DNA of 64,000 nt from a virus (lineage: Duplodnaviria > Caudoviricetes), in IMG/VR virus record IMGVR_UViG_3300025867_000005. One strand, given 5' to 3'. Shown here piece by piece: positions 45,688 through 55,388 of this stretch; positions within the stretch are counted from its first letter, which is position 1; the number at the start of each line of letters is the position of its first letter. The notes under the pieces were generated by a model. It saw only the letters and a list, made by a program, of their open reading frames with translations. It made no database searches and was not told the DNA's origin. Both the position numbers and the translations under genes were made by a program.

Positions 45688-46341
45688 ATGTCAAACGGTT
45701 TATTCATTTCATTCGAAGGGCCGGAAGGCGGCGGTAAATCCACCATGCTGAAGAGAACAGCAGAATGGCTAATTGGACAGGGTAAGGAAGTTCTTTGCAC
45801 TAGAGAACCTGGAGGGACGAAACTCGGGGATTATATCCGCGACATGCTGAAACATGACAGCTGCGGTGAAAGTCCTACAAATGCTACTGAAGTTCTTCTT
45901 TTCCTTGCGAGTAGGGCGCAGCATGTAGACACCGTGATTGAACCTGCTTTGCTGACAGGGAAGATTGTCCTGTGTGACAGATTTGAAGATAGCACATTCG
46001 CCTATCAGAGTTACGCGAGAGGGTATGATTTGGGGGTGTTGCAAAATCTTAATTCTTTCGCCACGTCTGGGTTCTCACCAAGCATCGTTCTGATCTTTGA
46101 TATCGGTTTGGAAGATTCTCTAAAAAGGATGAAAAAGCGTCAAGCCATTACAGAAACGACAGCAGACAGAATCGAAATGGCCGGAAATGATTTTCACCAG
46201 AAGGTCAGAAACGGTTTTCTAAGCCTTCAGAAGGAAGATCCAGAACATAAATTCTTGATTGATGCAAGCCTTGAAGAAGAATTGGTTTGGGAACAAGTCA
46301 AAAAAGTCCTTACGGATAAAATACAACACAGGAGTCACTGA
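45688..46341 (+). CDS. tmk: thymidylate kinase
   Basis: FISFEGPEGGGKST, TREPGGT, LLF.A.RAQH, CDRF..ST.AYQ. Confidence 0.95.
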   Translation: MSNGLFISFEGPEGGGKSTMLKRTAEWLIGQGKEVLCTREPGGTKLGDYIRDMLKHDSCGESPTNATEVLLFLASRAQHVDTVIEPALLTGKIVLCDRFEDSTFAYQSYARGYDLGVLQNLNSFATSGFSPSIVLIFDIGLEDSLKRMKKRQAITETTADRIEMAGNDFHQKVRNGFLSLQKEDPEHKFLIDASLEEELVWEQVKKVLTDKIQHRSH

Positions 46342-46342
46342 A

Positions 46343-46525
46343 ATGAGTGAAGATAATGAAGGTTTCTTAAAGATGTCCCATAGTTTGACTATCACTGTGG
46401 ATGGAAGAGTTGTCTTACATTCATCTATCGGAAGCAATCCTGATACCGAAAGCCAGCTTTGCGAAGTTCTTGAAGAACTGATTGCTTTCATGAAAGCGCC
46501 AAAAACGGAAATAACTAACCTTTAA
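46343..46525 (+). CDS. hypothetical protein
   Basis: AGGAG RBS before ATG 46343. Confidence 0.5.
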   Translation: MSEDNEGFLKMSHSLTITVDGRVVLHSSIGSNPDTESQLCEVLEELIAFMKAPKTEITNL

Positions 46526-46571
46526 CGCGCCTTCGTCGATTCGTTATTATTTTTAGAAAAGGAGAACAAGA

Positions 46572-46751
46572 ATGAAAACTAGAAACATGAAAGTGCTGGA
46601 ATTAACTGATGAAGATGTCGTGCCTAAACGGAATAACATTCAGGTTTCAGAATCAGGGAAACAGGAATCAGAAGCGGAAGTTATTCTTTTCAAAGGATAC
46701 GTACTGAAGAACGTATATGGACCTAGAAGCGTTTACCCGGCGATGGCATAA
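46572..46751 (+). CDS. small hypothetical protein (59 aa, not in ORF track)
   Basis: AAGGAG RBS; MKTRNMKVLEL...YPAMA-stop. Confidence 0.5.
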   Translation: MKTRNMKVLELTDEDVVPKRNNIQVSESGKQESEAEVILFKGYVLKNVYGPRSVYPAMA

Positions 46752-46773
46752 TCTATTAAACAAGGGAACAGAC

Positions 46774-46986
46774 ATGGAAATTACAACAAAAAACGGATGG
46801 AAGCTTGAAATCAATGATAGCCAAGAAGCTAAAGACGAAGTTTTCCAGATCATTATTGATTGGATTAAAAAGTATGATGCTTTCAGTTGGGAAACGATTG
46901 GGCAAGACGATGACTGTCAAATATATGCCATAGACTGTCTCGGGCCTATTGTAGACAAGATTGTCAAAATGAAAGAATCAGACTAG
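46774..46986 (+). CDS. hypothetical protein
   Basis: AAGGGA RBS, preceded by TCTATT motif. Confidence 0.5.
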   Translation: MEITTKNGWKLEINDSQEAKDEVFQIIIDWIKKYDAFSWETIGQDDDCQIYAIDCLGPIVDKIVKMKESD

Positions 46987-47002
46987 TCTTGGATAATTGA
47001 AT

Positions 47003-47045
47003 GAAAAGTGGGATCGGTGTAAAAGCTGGTCCCACTTTCTATTTT
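47003..47045 (+). terminator. hairpin/terminator upstream of dnaE part 3
   Basis: AAAGTGGGATCGG-loop-CTGGTCCCACTTT followed by a T-rich tract. Confidence 0.6.
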
Positions 47046-47065
47046 CAGAGAGACAAGGAAACATT

Positions 47066-49549
47066 ATGAAATACCCAAACATCGAGACGATTAAGCAGAT
47101 TTGCGATCCGTTGGTTTCAGGACTAGGTAATGACTATCAGCAAAGATACAATGATGAACTTAAGGATTTGAAAAAGTGGGTTTTGTTTGTTCAGACAGAC
47201 AAGGCTAAAGAAATCCTTGAAATGAGAAACAATCCACCTAGCGAAACCAACAAGTCTGGAAGTCTGATCCTTTGGCTTTTGGGGATAAGCAGTGTTGACC
47301 CTATAAAAAACGGGATTCCTACCGCAATGAAGAAATTCGGCAAGGCGGACCCTCCTGATATCGACATGGATTTGATGCCGGATGTCAGAAATGAAGTCAA
47401 AGCTTTCCTTGTGGAAAAATTCGGGCAGTCTCGCGTCTGTAGCGTCGGCACCGTAGGCACCTACAAGACGAAGAACGTTATCCTGGACGTTGCTAGGGCG
47501 CTTGGATTGGACGTTAAAGAAGCGATGGAAGTTACGAAGAATCTTGATGCGGAAATCGGTGGAGAAGAAGATGGTGACGAAGACACAAAGCTTGACAAAG
47601 CAGGGTTTGATGAAATCTGCAAGGCACAGTCGGAACTTGCCAATTACTTTGAAAAATATCCTGAAGTGAGGGAACATGCTGAAATATTGAGGAATCAGGC
47701 TAAGAATTTCGGGACACATGCCGGAGGCGTAATCATTTCAAATCTTGATTTGACGGAGAAAATCCCTGTATATCGGGACAAAGAAGGTCGTGTCGTCAGC
47801 TCTTGGTCGGAAAGCGGAGAAAAACAGGAATTGTCCAGCCAGGGCTATATAAAATTTGACGTTTTAGGCCTTTCTAACTTGCCGATTATTAATGATACTA
47901 TACGTTTGATTAAGGAAAACCGTGGGATTGATATCCACAGGAAAGACATTCCGATTGATGATCATGAATCTATCAAGATGGGAACCCGTGGGGAGCTTCT
48001 AGGAATCTTCCAATTTGAGAACCCGTATACTAAAAAGATCGCCGACAAGGTAGGATGTGATAGTTTGGGAGATATTGCCGCTATTACGTCATTGATTCGC
48101 CCTGGACCTAAAGATGTCGGTCTAGATGTCGAATATGCTGAGCGTAAGAGCGGGAAAGAATATGATAAGAACGTCATCCTTGATAAAGTGATGGGAAACA
48201 CATACGGGGTTTTAACTTATCAGGAACAGCTACAATTGCTTGCAATCCATATGGCGGGAATGACTCCATTGGAAGCCAACAGACTCAGGAAGGGCGCGTC
48301 TAAGAAGAAAAAAGACATCATGGATGAACTAAAGCCGAAGTTCATTCAGGGATCTATCGAAAAGTGTGTCAAAACCGGAATCATGACGGAAGAACAGGTC
48401 AACAAAATTTGGGACATGATCGAATCAACAGCGTCTTATAGCTTCAACAAAAGTCACGCTTACGCATATTCCGCCATTACTACAACAGAAATATGGTTAA
48501 GATATCATTACTTCTATGAGTATATGACAGCTTTGCTTCAGAACAGTGATCCGAAGAAGGAAAAATTCGGGACCACGATCTTTGACAAGTATGTTAAATT
48601 CGCGATAGACAAGGGGATGGTTGTCCACAAGCCAAGCATTAATGAATCCCGTGTTGAATTCCGTCTTGAAGGTAATGACCTTTGGTATGCCCTTGGACAT
48701 GTAAAGAATGTCAGCAACAGCGCCCGCGCGATTGTCAAACACCAACCTTATGCAAGTCTGGAGGACTTCTATAATCGCTGTACGGTTGAAGTCGGGACGG
48801 AAGGTAAAACAAGAAGACCGAATACCAGAGTCGTAGAAAGTCTAATCTACGCAGGAGCCTTTGATTGTTTCGGAGACAGAGAAACGGTTTTCAAGAATTT
48901 CTATGAATTAACTGACAGGGTGGAGAAATGGAAACTACCGAAAGCTCATCCTTGTCTAAAAGCAGGTATCGGACATGTTGAGATTCTACCTGAAGGTGTG
49001 GAGATCAGTGCCTCTAATCTTTCGAAAAATCTTTGCAAGATCCGTAAGACGAAATCCGTTGTTGTCGATCAAGAGATAGAAAGCCGTAGGGTGTTGAATT
49101 ATGACAGCACACTGAAATACATTGATCTTCCGGCATTGGATCAAAAGACCTTAGATGAGATGGAGAAGGAAATGCTAAGCGTCAGGCTTTCGGACAACAT
49201 CTATTCGAAATACAGGAAACAGACAAGGGAAGTCAAGGGGCTTTGCAGCTATACGACAGCAAAGCTGGAAACAGAGAAAACCAGAATTAAAGTTCTGGGT
49301 GAAATCATGGGGATCAAAGAAGTCAATTTCAAATCAGGAAGTCAGGGGTTGAGGGTCTATATCAGTGACGGAAACAAAGAAATGAATTTCCTTGTGTTTT
49401 CAAGTGCCGTCATGCTTTTCAAAGACCATTTCCAAGAAGGAGATATTGCCGTCATTCCGTTGCGTAATTTCGGGCAGGATTCTGAAGACAAAACATTCAG
49501 ATTCTATGATGATAGAGAAACGGGATTCGTTTTGAAAAGGGAAGACTGA
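47066..49549 (+). CDS. dnaE: DNA polymerase III alpha, part 3: catalytic palm/thumb/fingers/OB, no PHP
   Basis: PDIDMD, GTHAGG, IKFDVLGL, GIFQFE, LIRPGP, YQEQ, YSFNKSHA, P.INES, OB-like C-terminus. Confidence 0.93.
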   Translation: MKYPNIETIKQICDPLVSGLGNDYQQRYNDELKDLKKWVLFVQTDKAKEILEMRNNPPSETNKSGSLILWLLGISSVDPIKNGIPTAMKKFGKADPPDIDMDLMPDVRNEVKAFLVEKFGQSRVCSVGTVGTYKTKNVILDVARALGLDVKEAMEVTKNLDAEIGGEEDGDEDTKLDKAGFDEICKAQSELANYFEKYPEVREHAEILRNQAKNFGTHAGGVIISNLDLTEKIPVYRDKEGRVVSSWSESGEKQELSSQGYIKFDVLGLSNLPIINDTIRLIKENRGIDIHRKDIPIDDHESIKMGTRGELLGIFQFENPYTKKIADKVGCDSLGDIAAITSLIRPGPKDVGLDVEYAERKSGKEYDKNVILDKVMGNTYGVLTYQEQLQLLAIHMAGMTPLEANRLRKGASKKKKDIMDELKPKFIQGSIEKCVKTGIMTEEQVNKIWDMIESTASYSFNKSHAYAYSAITTTEIWLRYHYFYEYMTALLQNSDPKKEKFGTTIFDKYVKFAIDKGMVVHKPSINESRVEFRLEGNDLWYALGHVKNVSNSARAIVKHQPYASLEDFYNRCTVEVGTEGKTRRPNTRVVESLIYAGAFDCFGDRETVFKNFYELTDRVEKWKLPKAHPCLKAGIGHVEILPEGVEISASNLSKNLCKIRKTKSVVVDQEIESRRVLNYDSTLKYIDLPALDQKTLDEMEKEMLSVRLSDNIYSKYRKQTREVKGLCSYTTAKLETEKTRIKVLGEIMGIKEVNFKSGSQGLRVYISDGNKEMNFLVFSSAVMLFKDHFQEGDIAVIPLRNFGQDSEDKTFRFYDDRETGFVLKRED

Positions 49550-50991
49550 TGCCGAAACAAAGAATTTACATAGAAGAAATTGAACTTGAGAATTTTGAGA
49601 GCCACGAATACACGGTTTTTAAGAATTTCAGTCAGGGTTTCAACTGTATCGCCGGATTGTCTGATGTCGGGAAAACAAGTGTAATCCGTGCGATCAAGCT
49701 TTGTGCCTATAATTGCTTTGACCAAAAGATGGTAAGGGTCGGTGCTGAGTTTTGTAGGGTTAAAATAACTACTAATATCGGAAGCGTGGAAGTTAAAAAA
49801 GGTCCTGGTTGTAATTTGTGGGTGATCAAGAGAAAAGACACCGTTGGGGAAATCAAACTGGACAAGGTGGGCAAAGCAGAAGTCAAACAGGCATGTGATG
49901 TTCTCGGAATGAAAATAATCACGCTTGGGGAGACAGAAGTGCCGATCAATATTATGGATCAGTTGGAACGGCATTTCTTTATTGACGGAATCGGAGATAA
50001 GAAGACGACTGGTTCCAGCAGGGCAGAAATCATCGATGAAATCTGCGGGCTTAACGGAGCCGAAGAATTGATAAGGGCAATCAGCCTAGACCAATATCGT
50101 TTGACAAGGGAAATCACTGAAGCCGAAAACAGGATGAAAGAACTTGAAGGGAAGATATATAGCGAGACTGACATTTTGCGGGATCAGATGCTTCTTGCCA
50201 AAGTGGAAAAGCTTGAAGAAGAAATCGGTTCTTGCGAATCGAATATTTCCTTCATGAATCAGTTATTTTCTTCATATGAAGAAAAGACAAATGAAATTTC
50301 TTCTCTTTTCTCCAAGATTGATGGAATCCAGATAATTTGTCGTGCTGAAGCATTATTGACGGAACTCATAGAAAACTTGTCTGTATACCGTAAAATAGAA
50401 GCTTTATGGAATACATATTCTCAATCATTGCAGAAGATTGAAGAACTGAAAAAATCTGTTTCCGACATGCCGGATATAGATGAAACACTTCTTGCTGATG
50501 TTAGGGATTCGACTTCAAAAAGGATACGGGTTTCTTCTTTGTTCGAAAAGTATACAGCGGATAATGAGAAGATTCAGGAAATTTCCTTTAAGTTGTCAGG
50601 GATGCCGGATATTGAAAGTCTGACAGATTGGACAATCAAAGATGATATTTTGTCTTCCCGGAAACTAGGTGAAGCCTTTAGGAAATATGAAGACTTGTTG
50701 TTGAAACTAGCTGACGTGAATACAAGACTACTTTCTGTAGATGTTGTGGAAGCCGCCGAAAACCATATCCGTGGTTTGGGTTTGGTTTCTGACAGGCAAA
50801 AGCTTTCTGGCTATTTGGATTCATACGGCATGATGTGCGGCAAGCTAAAATCCCTTCTTGGAGACTTGTCAAAAACAGAAGAAAACCTTTGTAATGCGGA
50901 AAACAAACTTAAGGAAATCTATCGTGATATTACGATATGCCCGGTGACAAAACTTCCTATAGGGAACACATGCAGCTTAGTCGGTAAATGA
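49549..50991 (+). CDS. SbcC/Rad50-like ATPase, N-terminal half with coiled coil
   Basis: IELENFESH, Walker A GLSDVGKTS, Q-loop DQ; coiled coil ending CPVT; no ABC signature or Walker B. Confidence 0.8.
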   Translation: MPKQRIYIEEIELENFESHEYTVFKNFSQGFNCIAGLSDVGKTSVIRAIKLCAYNCFDQKMVRVGAEFCRVKITTNIGSVEVKKGPGCNLWVIKRKDTVGEIKLDKVGKAEVKQACDVLGMKIITLGETEVPINIMDQLERHFFIDGIGDKKTTGSSRAEIIDEICGLNGAEELIRAISLDQYRLTREITEAENRMKELEGKIYSETDILRDQMLLAKVEKLEEEIGSCESNISFMNQLFSSYEEKTNEISSLFSKIDGIQIICRAEALLTELIENLSVYRKIEALWNTYSQSLQKIEELKKSVSDMPDIDETLLADVRDSTSKRIRVSSLFEKYTADNEKIQEISFKLSGMPDIESLTDWTIKDDILSSRKLGEAFRKYEDLLLKLADVNTRLLSVDVVEAAENHIRGLGLVSDRQKLSGYLDSYGMMCGKLKSLLGDLSKTEENLCNAENKLKEIYRDITICPVTKLPIGNTCSLVGK

Positions 50992-51009
50992 AAAATAAGG
51001 AATTAACAA

Positions 51010-51252
51010 ATGGACGCACAAGCCACACTTAAAGAAATCGAAGCCTTTCAGAAGCAAGTTGATTCTCTGAAACAACTTAAAAGCAGGATGGAAGGAGAAA
51101 AAGAAAGTCTTCTCAAGCAACAGCAGGATTTGGAGAAGCAGGCTATAGATGAAACCGGAAGTCCGATAACTGATTTTCCTAAGATGATAAAAGAGTACGA
51201 TGAAAAGATTCAGGAACGTCTGGAAGCCTTAAGGAAACTGTTGAACAAATGA
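51010..51252 (+). CDS. small coiled-coil protein
   Basis: Heptad-rich 80 aa ORF directly after the SbcC-like half. Confidence 0.6.
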   Translation: MDAQATLKEIEAFQKQVDSLKQLKSRMEGEKESLLKQQQDLEKQAIDETGSPITDFPKMIKEYDEKIQERLEALRKLLNK

Positions 51253-52100
51253 AAATTTCTAAGATATCGGCATCTTGTATCAAGACTTACGAAACTTGTC
51301 CTAAGAAGTGCTATACCGAATATGTCTTGAAAATCAAGCCTCCTACGCATCCTTCTGCTTTAATGGGTAAAGCATTCCATTCGATGTTCGAACTTGCCTG
51401 TAAGGCCAAAACACAAGGCAAGGAATTGAAGGAACAAGACCCGTTCTATTACAGAGAACAGGCTATCGCCGAAAACAAAGTGCTGGAAGAAGACTTTCCT
51501 ATTCTGGATCAACTGACAAAGAATTGTTTGGAATGGGGATATATGGATCTTTCGAATGCCGCAGGTTTTGAAAAAGAAATTAAATTCAACCTACCTTGCG
51601 GGATTCCTGTTATCGGCTATATCGACAGACTTGATATAGACAGGGACTGGAAAGCCAACATCATCGATTTGAAGACACAGAAGAACGTCTTTACGAAAGA
51701 AGAACTGGCAGACAATTGGCAAGCCAAGATATATTTTCTCGGTGCCGTGAATGACAATCCGTTTATCAATGGAGACGTGAATATCAATTTCTGGGTTGTC
51801 AGGCATAAGATACAGAACACCAAAATCAATGTCATGGCGTTTGATTCCGTCTTGGATTCTTTAGACAAGAAGACCGTGGAGATTCTGAATAGCGATGGTC
51901 AGGAATGCCGTCCTAGCGGCTTATGCAGGTTTTGTGCTTCACCAGATTGTAAGAATCATTCAGCTATAAAGGTTAACAGTTTTCAGAAGAAACAAGAATC
52001 TTCTTCAGTAAAGGATATCAAGGCTATGCTGAATAGGATCAAAGGTAAACCAGAAGCAGATAAAAAACAAGAAGATGTTGAAGACATTTCTATGTTCTAA
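51249..52100 (+). CDS. PD-(D/E)XK exonuclease (Cas4/RecB-like)
   Basis: S.S....YETCP, G..FH, GYIDRLD, IIDLKT, Q..IY, C-terminal C..C...C. Confidence 0.85.
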   Translation: MKISKISASCIKTYETCPKKCYTEYVLKIKPPTHPSALMGKAFHSMFELACKAKTQGKELKEQDPFYYREQAIAENKVLEEDFPILDQLTKNCLEWGYMDLSNAAGFEKEIKFNLPCGIPVIGYIDRLDIDRDWKANIIDLKTQKNVFTKEELADNWQAKIYFLGAVNDNPFINGDVNINFWVVRHKIQNTKINVMAFDSVLDSLDKKTVEILNSDGQECRPSGLCRFCASPDCKNHSAIKVNSFQKKQESSSVKDIKAMLNRIKGKPEADKKQEDVEDISMF

Positions 52101-52116
52101 CGATGGGGGATGAAAC

Positions 52117-52356
52117 ATGAAGGAATTCAGATGCAGTTGTGGTAACAGAGTTTTTTGGGGTAGCGGAGAGTCTCCAAAACCGTGTATCGTTTGTAAGGAT
52201 TGCGGGACAACGCTGCTTAAGCGTTTAGACGGAAGCTATGTGGATTCAGAACCGCATAAATGGACGACAGAAGAAACATATCTTGATGGTGAATTAGTTC
52301 ATTCTCGCACCTATTGTAAAAGGTGTTATGAAACGAAACCAGAGGAGAAGAAATGA
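52117..52356 (+). CDS. small zinc-ribbon protein
   Basis: Multiple CxC and CxxC motifs. Confidence 0.6.
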   Translation: MKEFRCSCGNRVFWGSGESPKPCIVCKDCGTTLLKRLDGSYVDSEPHKWTTEETYLDGELVHSRTYCKRCYETKPEEKK

Positions 52357-52952
52357 AGACGATTACGATAAGAACCAATGCTGATGGACAGAAGAAGTTT
52401 TATGACTTCATGAAAGATATGAAGCTTAACATGACGGGACTCCCTGAATTAAAGATTGACGGAGATTTTTTGACGATAGGAAACGTAGGAATAAAGGTTT
52501 ATACCGACTTTAATTCTGAAGAAATCTTTGTCGATTCAGAAAAAGACCTGCTAAAAATAAAACAGCTTTTCGATGGTCTGCTTAAAAAGCCAGAAGACTG
52601 TGAATGTTACGTCGTCCCGTATGATGACATTTTGGAAGGTAAAAAAGGGTGTTTCATGTGGTATGAAGATAAAACTGAAAAAAAGGAACACAATCTTCAA
52701 TTTTCATTTCAGAAACACAACAGGATTCAAAACTTAAAGAATTCGGTAGACCTTTCGGAATTCCTGGAATGTCTGACGGATAAGTCTTGGCACAATCTCT
52801 GTGACAATCCTATGACAAGGCAAGTCGGTTTTGCCAACTATATAAAGAGTGAAGCCCGTATGTTCAGGCTGACCTTTATCCGTGGGATAGAAAATCAAGA
52901 GACGCGAGAACTATTTAAACGTATTCACAACGAACTGGCAGGGGAAGTATAA
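52353..52952 (+). CDS. hypothetical protein
   Basis: GAGGAG RBS; coupled to previous gene. Confidence 0.6.
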   Translation: MKTITIRTNADGQKKFYDFMKDMKLNMTGLPELKIDGDFLTIGNVGIKVYTDFNSEEIFVDSEKDLLKIKQLFDGLLKKPEDCECYVVPYDDILEGKKGCFMWYEDKTEKKEHNLQFSFQKHNRIQNLKNSVDLSEFLECLTDKSWHNLCDNPMTRQVGFANYIKSEARMFRLTFIRGIENQETRELFKRIHNELAGEV

Positions 52953-52954
52953 CA

Positions 52955-53572
52955 ATGGAAACACCGAATCTAATACCCAATTTAAACAGAGTGTTCCCTG
53001 AAGGTGAAGAAGGAAAGACATATTTTCCTGAAGTCTTTGAAGATGGTAAAGACCCGATGGTTAAATATCAGATCGCGATAGACCCTGGAAATTTAGAAAC
53101 GGCAATCGTAGTTGTTGACTTCCAGAAGAAAACGATTTTAGAAACCGCCAAGCTTCCTAATGAACAGGTCGTAGAAAAGATTCAGGAATACAAGCAGAAA
53201 TACGGATGGTGCCAACAAACCGGTTTCGCTATAGAAATGATCGCCTCATATGGAATGCCAGTCGGCAAAAGCGTTTTTGACACCTGCCTGTGGATAGGTA
53301 GGTATGCTCAAATTTGGGGCAAACATACCAGATTGATTACAAGAAGCATGGTCAAAAACCATATCTGTAAATCTCCTAAAGCCAACGATGCCAATATCCG
53401 TCAAGCATTGATGGATCGCTATGGAAGCACAAGAGAAGCGGCAATCGGTACAAAGAAGAATCCTGGGCCGCTATTCGGGGTTGGTAATGATGAACGTGCG
53501 GCATTGGCCGTTGCTTTGACAGCGATAGAAACAGATCTTAAGTATATTACTTCTGGAGAAGAAGATGCATAA
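52955..53572 (+). CDS. RuvC-like Holliday junction resolvase-fold protein
   Basis: IAIDPG, AIEM, VK..IC....A.D, D..AALAVA. Confidence 0.75.
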   Translation: METPNLIPNLNRVFPEGEEGKTYFPEVFEDGKDPMVKYQIAIDPGNLETAIVVVDFQKKTILETAKLPNEQVVEKIQEYKQKYGWCQQTGFAIEMIASYGMPVGKSVFDTCLWIGRYAQIWGKHTRLITRSMVKNHICKSPKANDANIRQALMDRYGSTREAAIGTKKNPGPLFGVGNDERAALAVALTAIETDLKYITSGEEDA

Positions 53573-53780
53573 AGAAATTTTAGATATCCGTAGGTTCGGG
53601 AATACGATACTTCTTGAAAAGCATATGAATTGTACTTGTAGCTATTGTGGTGGATTCAAAGGATGGTACGGTTATGAATCTCCTGAAATTAAAGAATGGA
53701 ACTCATGGCGTGTTCTTTGGATACAGATATTCGGAACCAGATTCTATTTGCGCTGGACTTTAAGAGAACCAAAAGGATAA
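53565..53780 (+). CDS. hypothetical protein
   Basis: Packed ORF with GGAG RBS. Confidence 0.45.
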   Translation: MHKEILDIRRFGNTILLEKHMNCTCSYCGGFKGWYGYESPEIKEWNSWRVLWIQIFGTRFYLRWTLREPKG

Positions 53781-53783
53781 AAG

Positions 53784-54065
53784 ATGTGGTATTTAGCAGA
53801 ACCAAGAGAAGTTAGCTATTTAGGCAATAGTATTGAAGTGTTTCGTGACGGACGTTACAGCGTAAAGAAACAGGGTAGACATTTTCTTATCGCCGATGAC
53901 AAATATGTCCTTGCAGAAAAAGGGTTCTCCGTAATCTCTAATGACGAAATCTTAAAATGGATTGACGCTGTAAAAAGAAAAGACATGAAGAAGGTTGCGA
54001 AAATAAGGGAGATGATTAAGGATGCAGAATCATCCTGCCAATTTATAGAAGGGATTTGGAAATAA
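53784..54065 (+). CDS. hypothetical protein
   Basis: AAGGA RBS. Confidence 0.5.
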   Translation: MWYLAEPREVSYLGNSIEVFRDGRYSVKKQGRHFLIADDKYVLAEKGFSVISNDEILKWIDAVKRKDMKKVAKIREMIKDAESSCQFIEGIWK

Positions 54066-54125
54066 TGAAGATGAATATTTCCAGATAGCGAAGGCTAGAA
54101 TAGAATCTCTAACAAAAGGAAAAGA

Positions 54126-55388
54126 ATGAACAAAGTCACAATCGCAGAAGCGTTCAAAATGTTTCAGGACATTCAGGAAAAGGAAGAATTGATTCAACAG
54201 ATTGTCGGTGAAACTGGAGCCACAAGAAAAGCGGTTGTCCGCAAGCTCGGTCAACTGATGTCAGACGGGATCATAGAGGAAAAAGAAGAAGAGGAAGATA
54301 AGCAGGATGATTCCGATTGGACTGAAAAGATGTATGAAGTTACTCGCCCAGAAACTGATGATAGTTTCGAAGACGAAGATGAAGATCCTGTTAAACAGGC
54401 TTTGATTTCTGAAAACTCCAAACTGAAAAGACAGTTGAAGAAAATTCTACAGAATCGCGGAAGTGAAGAACTGAATCTTGAACGTCTTACTTCTGATATC
54501 CAGACGATTAAACCTTTCCCGATCATCTATAAGCCCCAGAAGCAAGGGGATAAGAAGGAAGCTACACTTGTTAGCCTTTTGGCAGACTTCCACATAGGGG
54601 CAAAGGAATACATTCCTGGCTTCAACAAATTTGACTATAGCATCGCTTGTCGTAGAGTAAACACTTATCTGAAGAAGGTTTTGGATTGGTGCGAACTTCA
54701 TAGGAATAGCTATATCGTAGATGAAATCTGTATTTGTTGTCTCGGTGACATGATCAGTGGTGACATCCATGACGAACTGATAAGAACCAACGAATTCAGT
54801 TGTCCTGAACAGGTCAAGAAGGCTTCAGAACTTTTATCAAGTCTGTTTGCAAGTCTGGCTCCGCACTTCAAGAAAGTCAGAATTGAATTTGTCGTACCGG
54901 ATAATCATAGCCGTGTAACTCAAAAGATAGAATTCGCTGACGGCACCAACAGTTACAACTACTTGGTTGGACATCTTACGAAAGCCTTGGTTTCAGGACA
55001 CAAGAATATTGAATTCAACATCTATCCTCAAATCCAGCAGATCATTAAAGTGCACGACAGGCGTTATCTTATCATGCACGGCAATTGTGTAAGGGGTGGT
55101 GGCGGTGCTTTGTTCCCGATGACAGGCATTACCAGAAAGCTTTGGAGAGAAAGCCATCTGAGAATGAATATGTCAGAAGATATGCACTTTGACAAGATTC
55201 TAATGGGCCATTACCACGCGCCTTGCAATACTCCTGATCTAGGAATTTCGGGTTGCTTGGTTTCAAGCACGGGATTCGATATGTCAGCGGCACGGCATAC
55301 ACCGGCTTGCATCACTTCATTCTTTGTCTGCGGAAAGTATGAGTTTGACTATACGGAATTCTGGTTGAACGAAGGTGAGACATACTAA
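54126..55388 (+). CDS. calcineurin-like metallophosphoesterase with N-terminal HTH-like and acidic region
   Basis: ADFHIG, LGDMISG.IH, DNH, MHG, GHYH. Confidence 0.85.
   Translation: MNKVTIAEAFKMFQDIQEKEELIQQIVGETGATRKAVVRKLGQLMSDGIIEEKEEEEDKQDDSDWTEKMYEVTRPETDDSFEDEDEDPVKQALISENSKLKRQLKKILQNRGSEELNLERLTSDIQTIKPFPIIYKPQKQGDKKEATLVSLLADFHIGAKEYIPGFNKFDYSIACRRVNTYLKKVLDWCELHRNSYIVDEICICCLGDMISGDIHDELIRTNEFSCPEQVKKASELLSSLFASLAPHFKKVRIEFVVPDNHSRVTQKIEFADGTNSYNYLVGHLTKALVSGHKNIEFNIYPQIQQIIKVHDRRYLIMHGNCVRGGGGALFPMTGITRKLWRESHLRMNMSEDMHFDKILMGHYHAPCNTPDLGISGCLVSSTGFDMSAARHTPACITSFFVCGKYEFDYTEFWLNEGETY

Noticed and set aside
51249-52100. Cas4-like nuclease as evidence of a CRISPR-Cas system
   Set aside because: No array or other cas genes seen; solo Cas4-like nucleases are common in phage replication modules.
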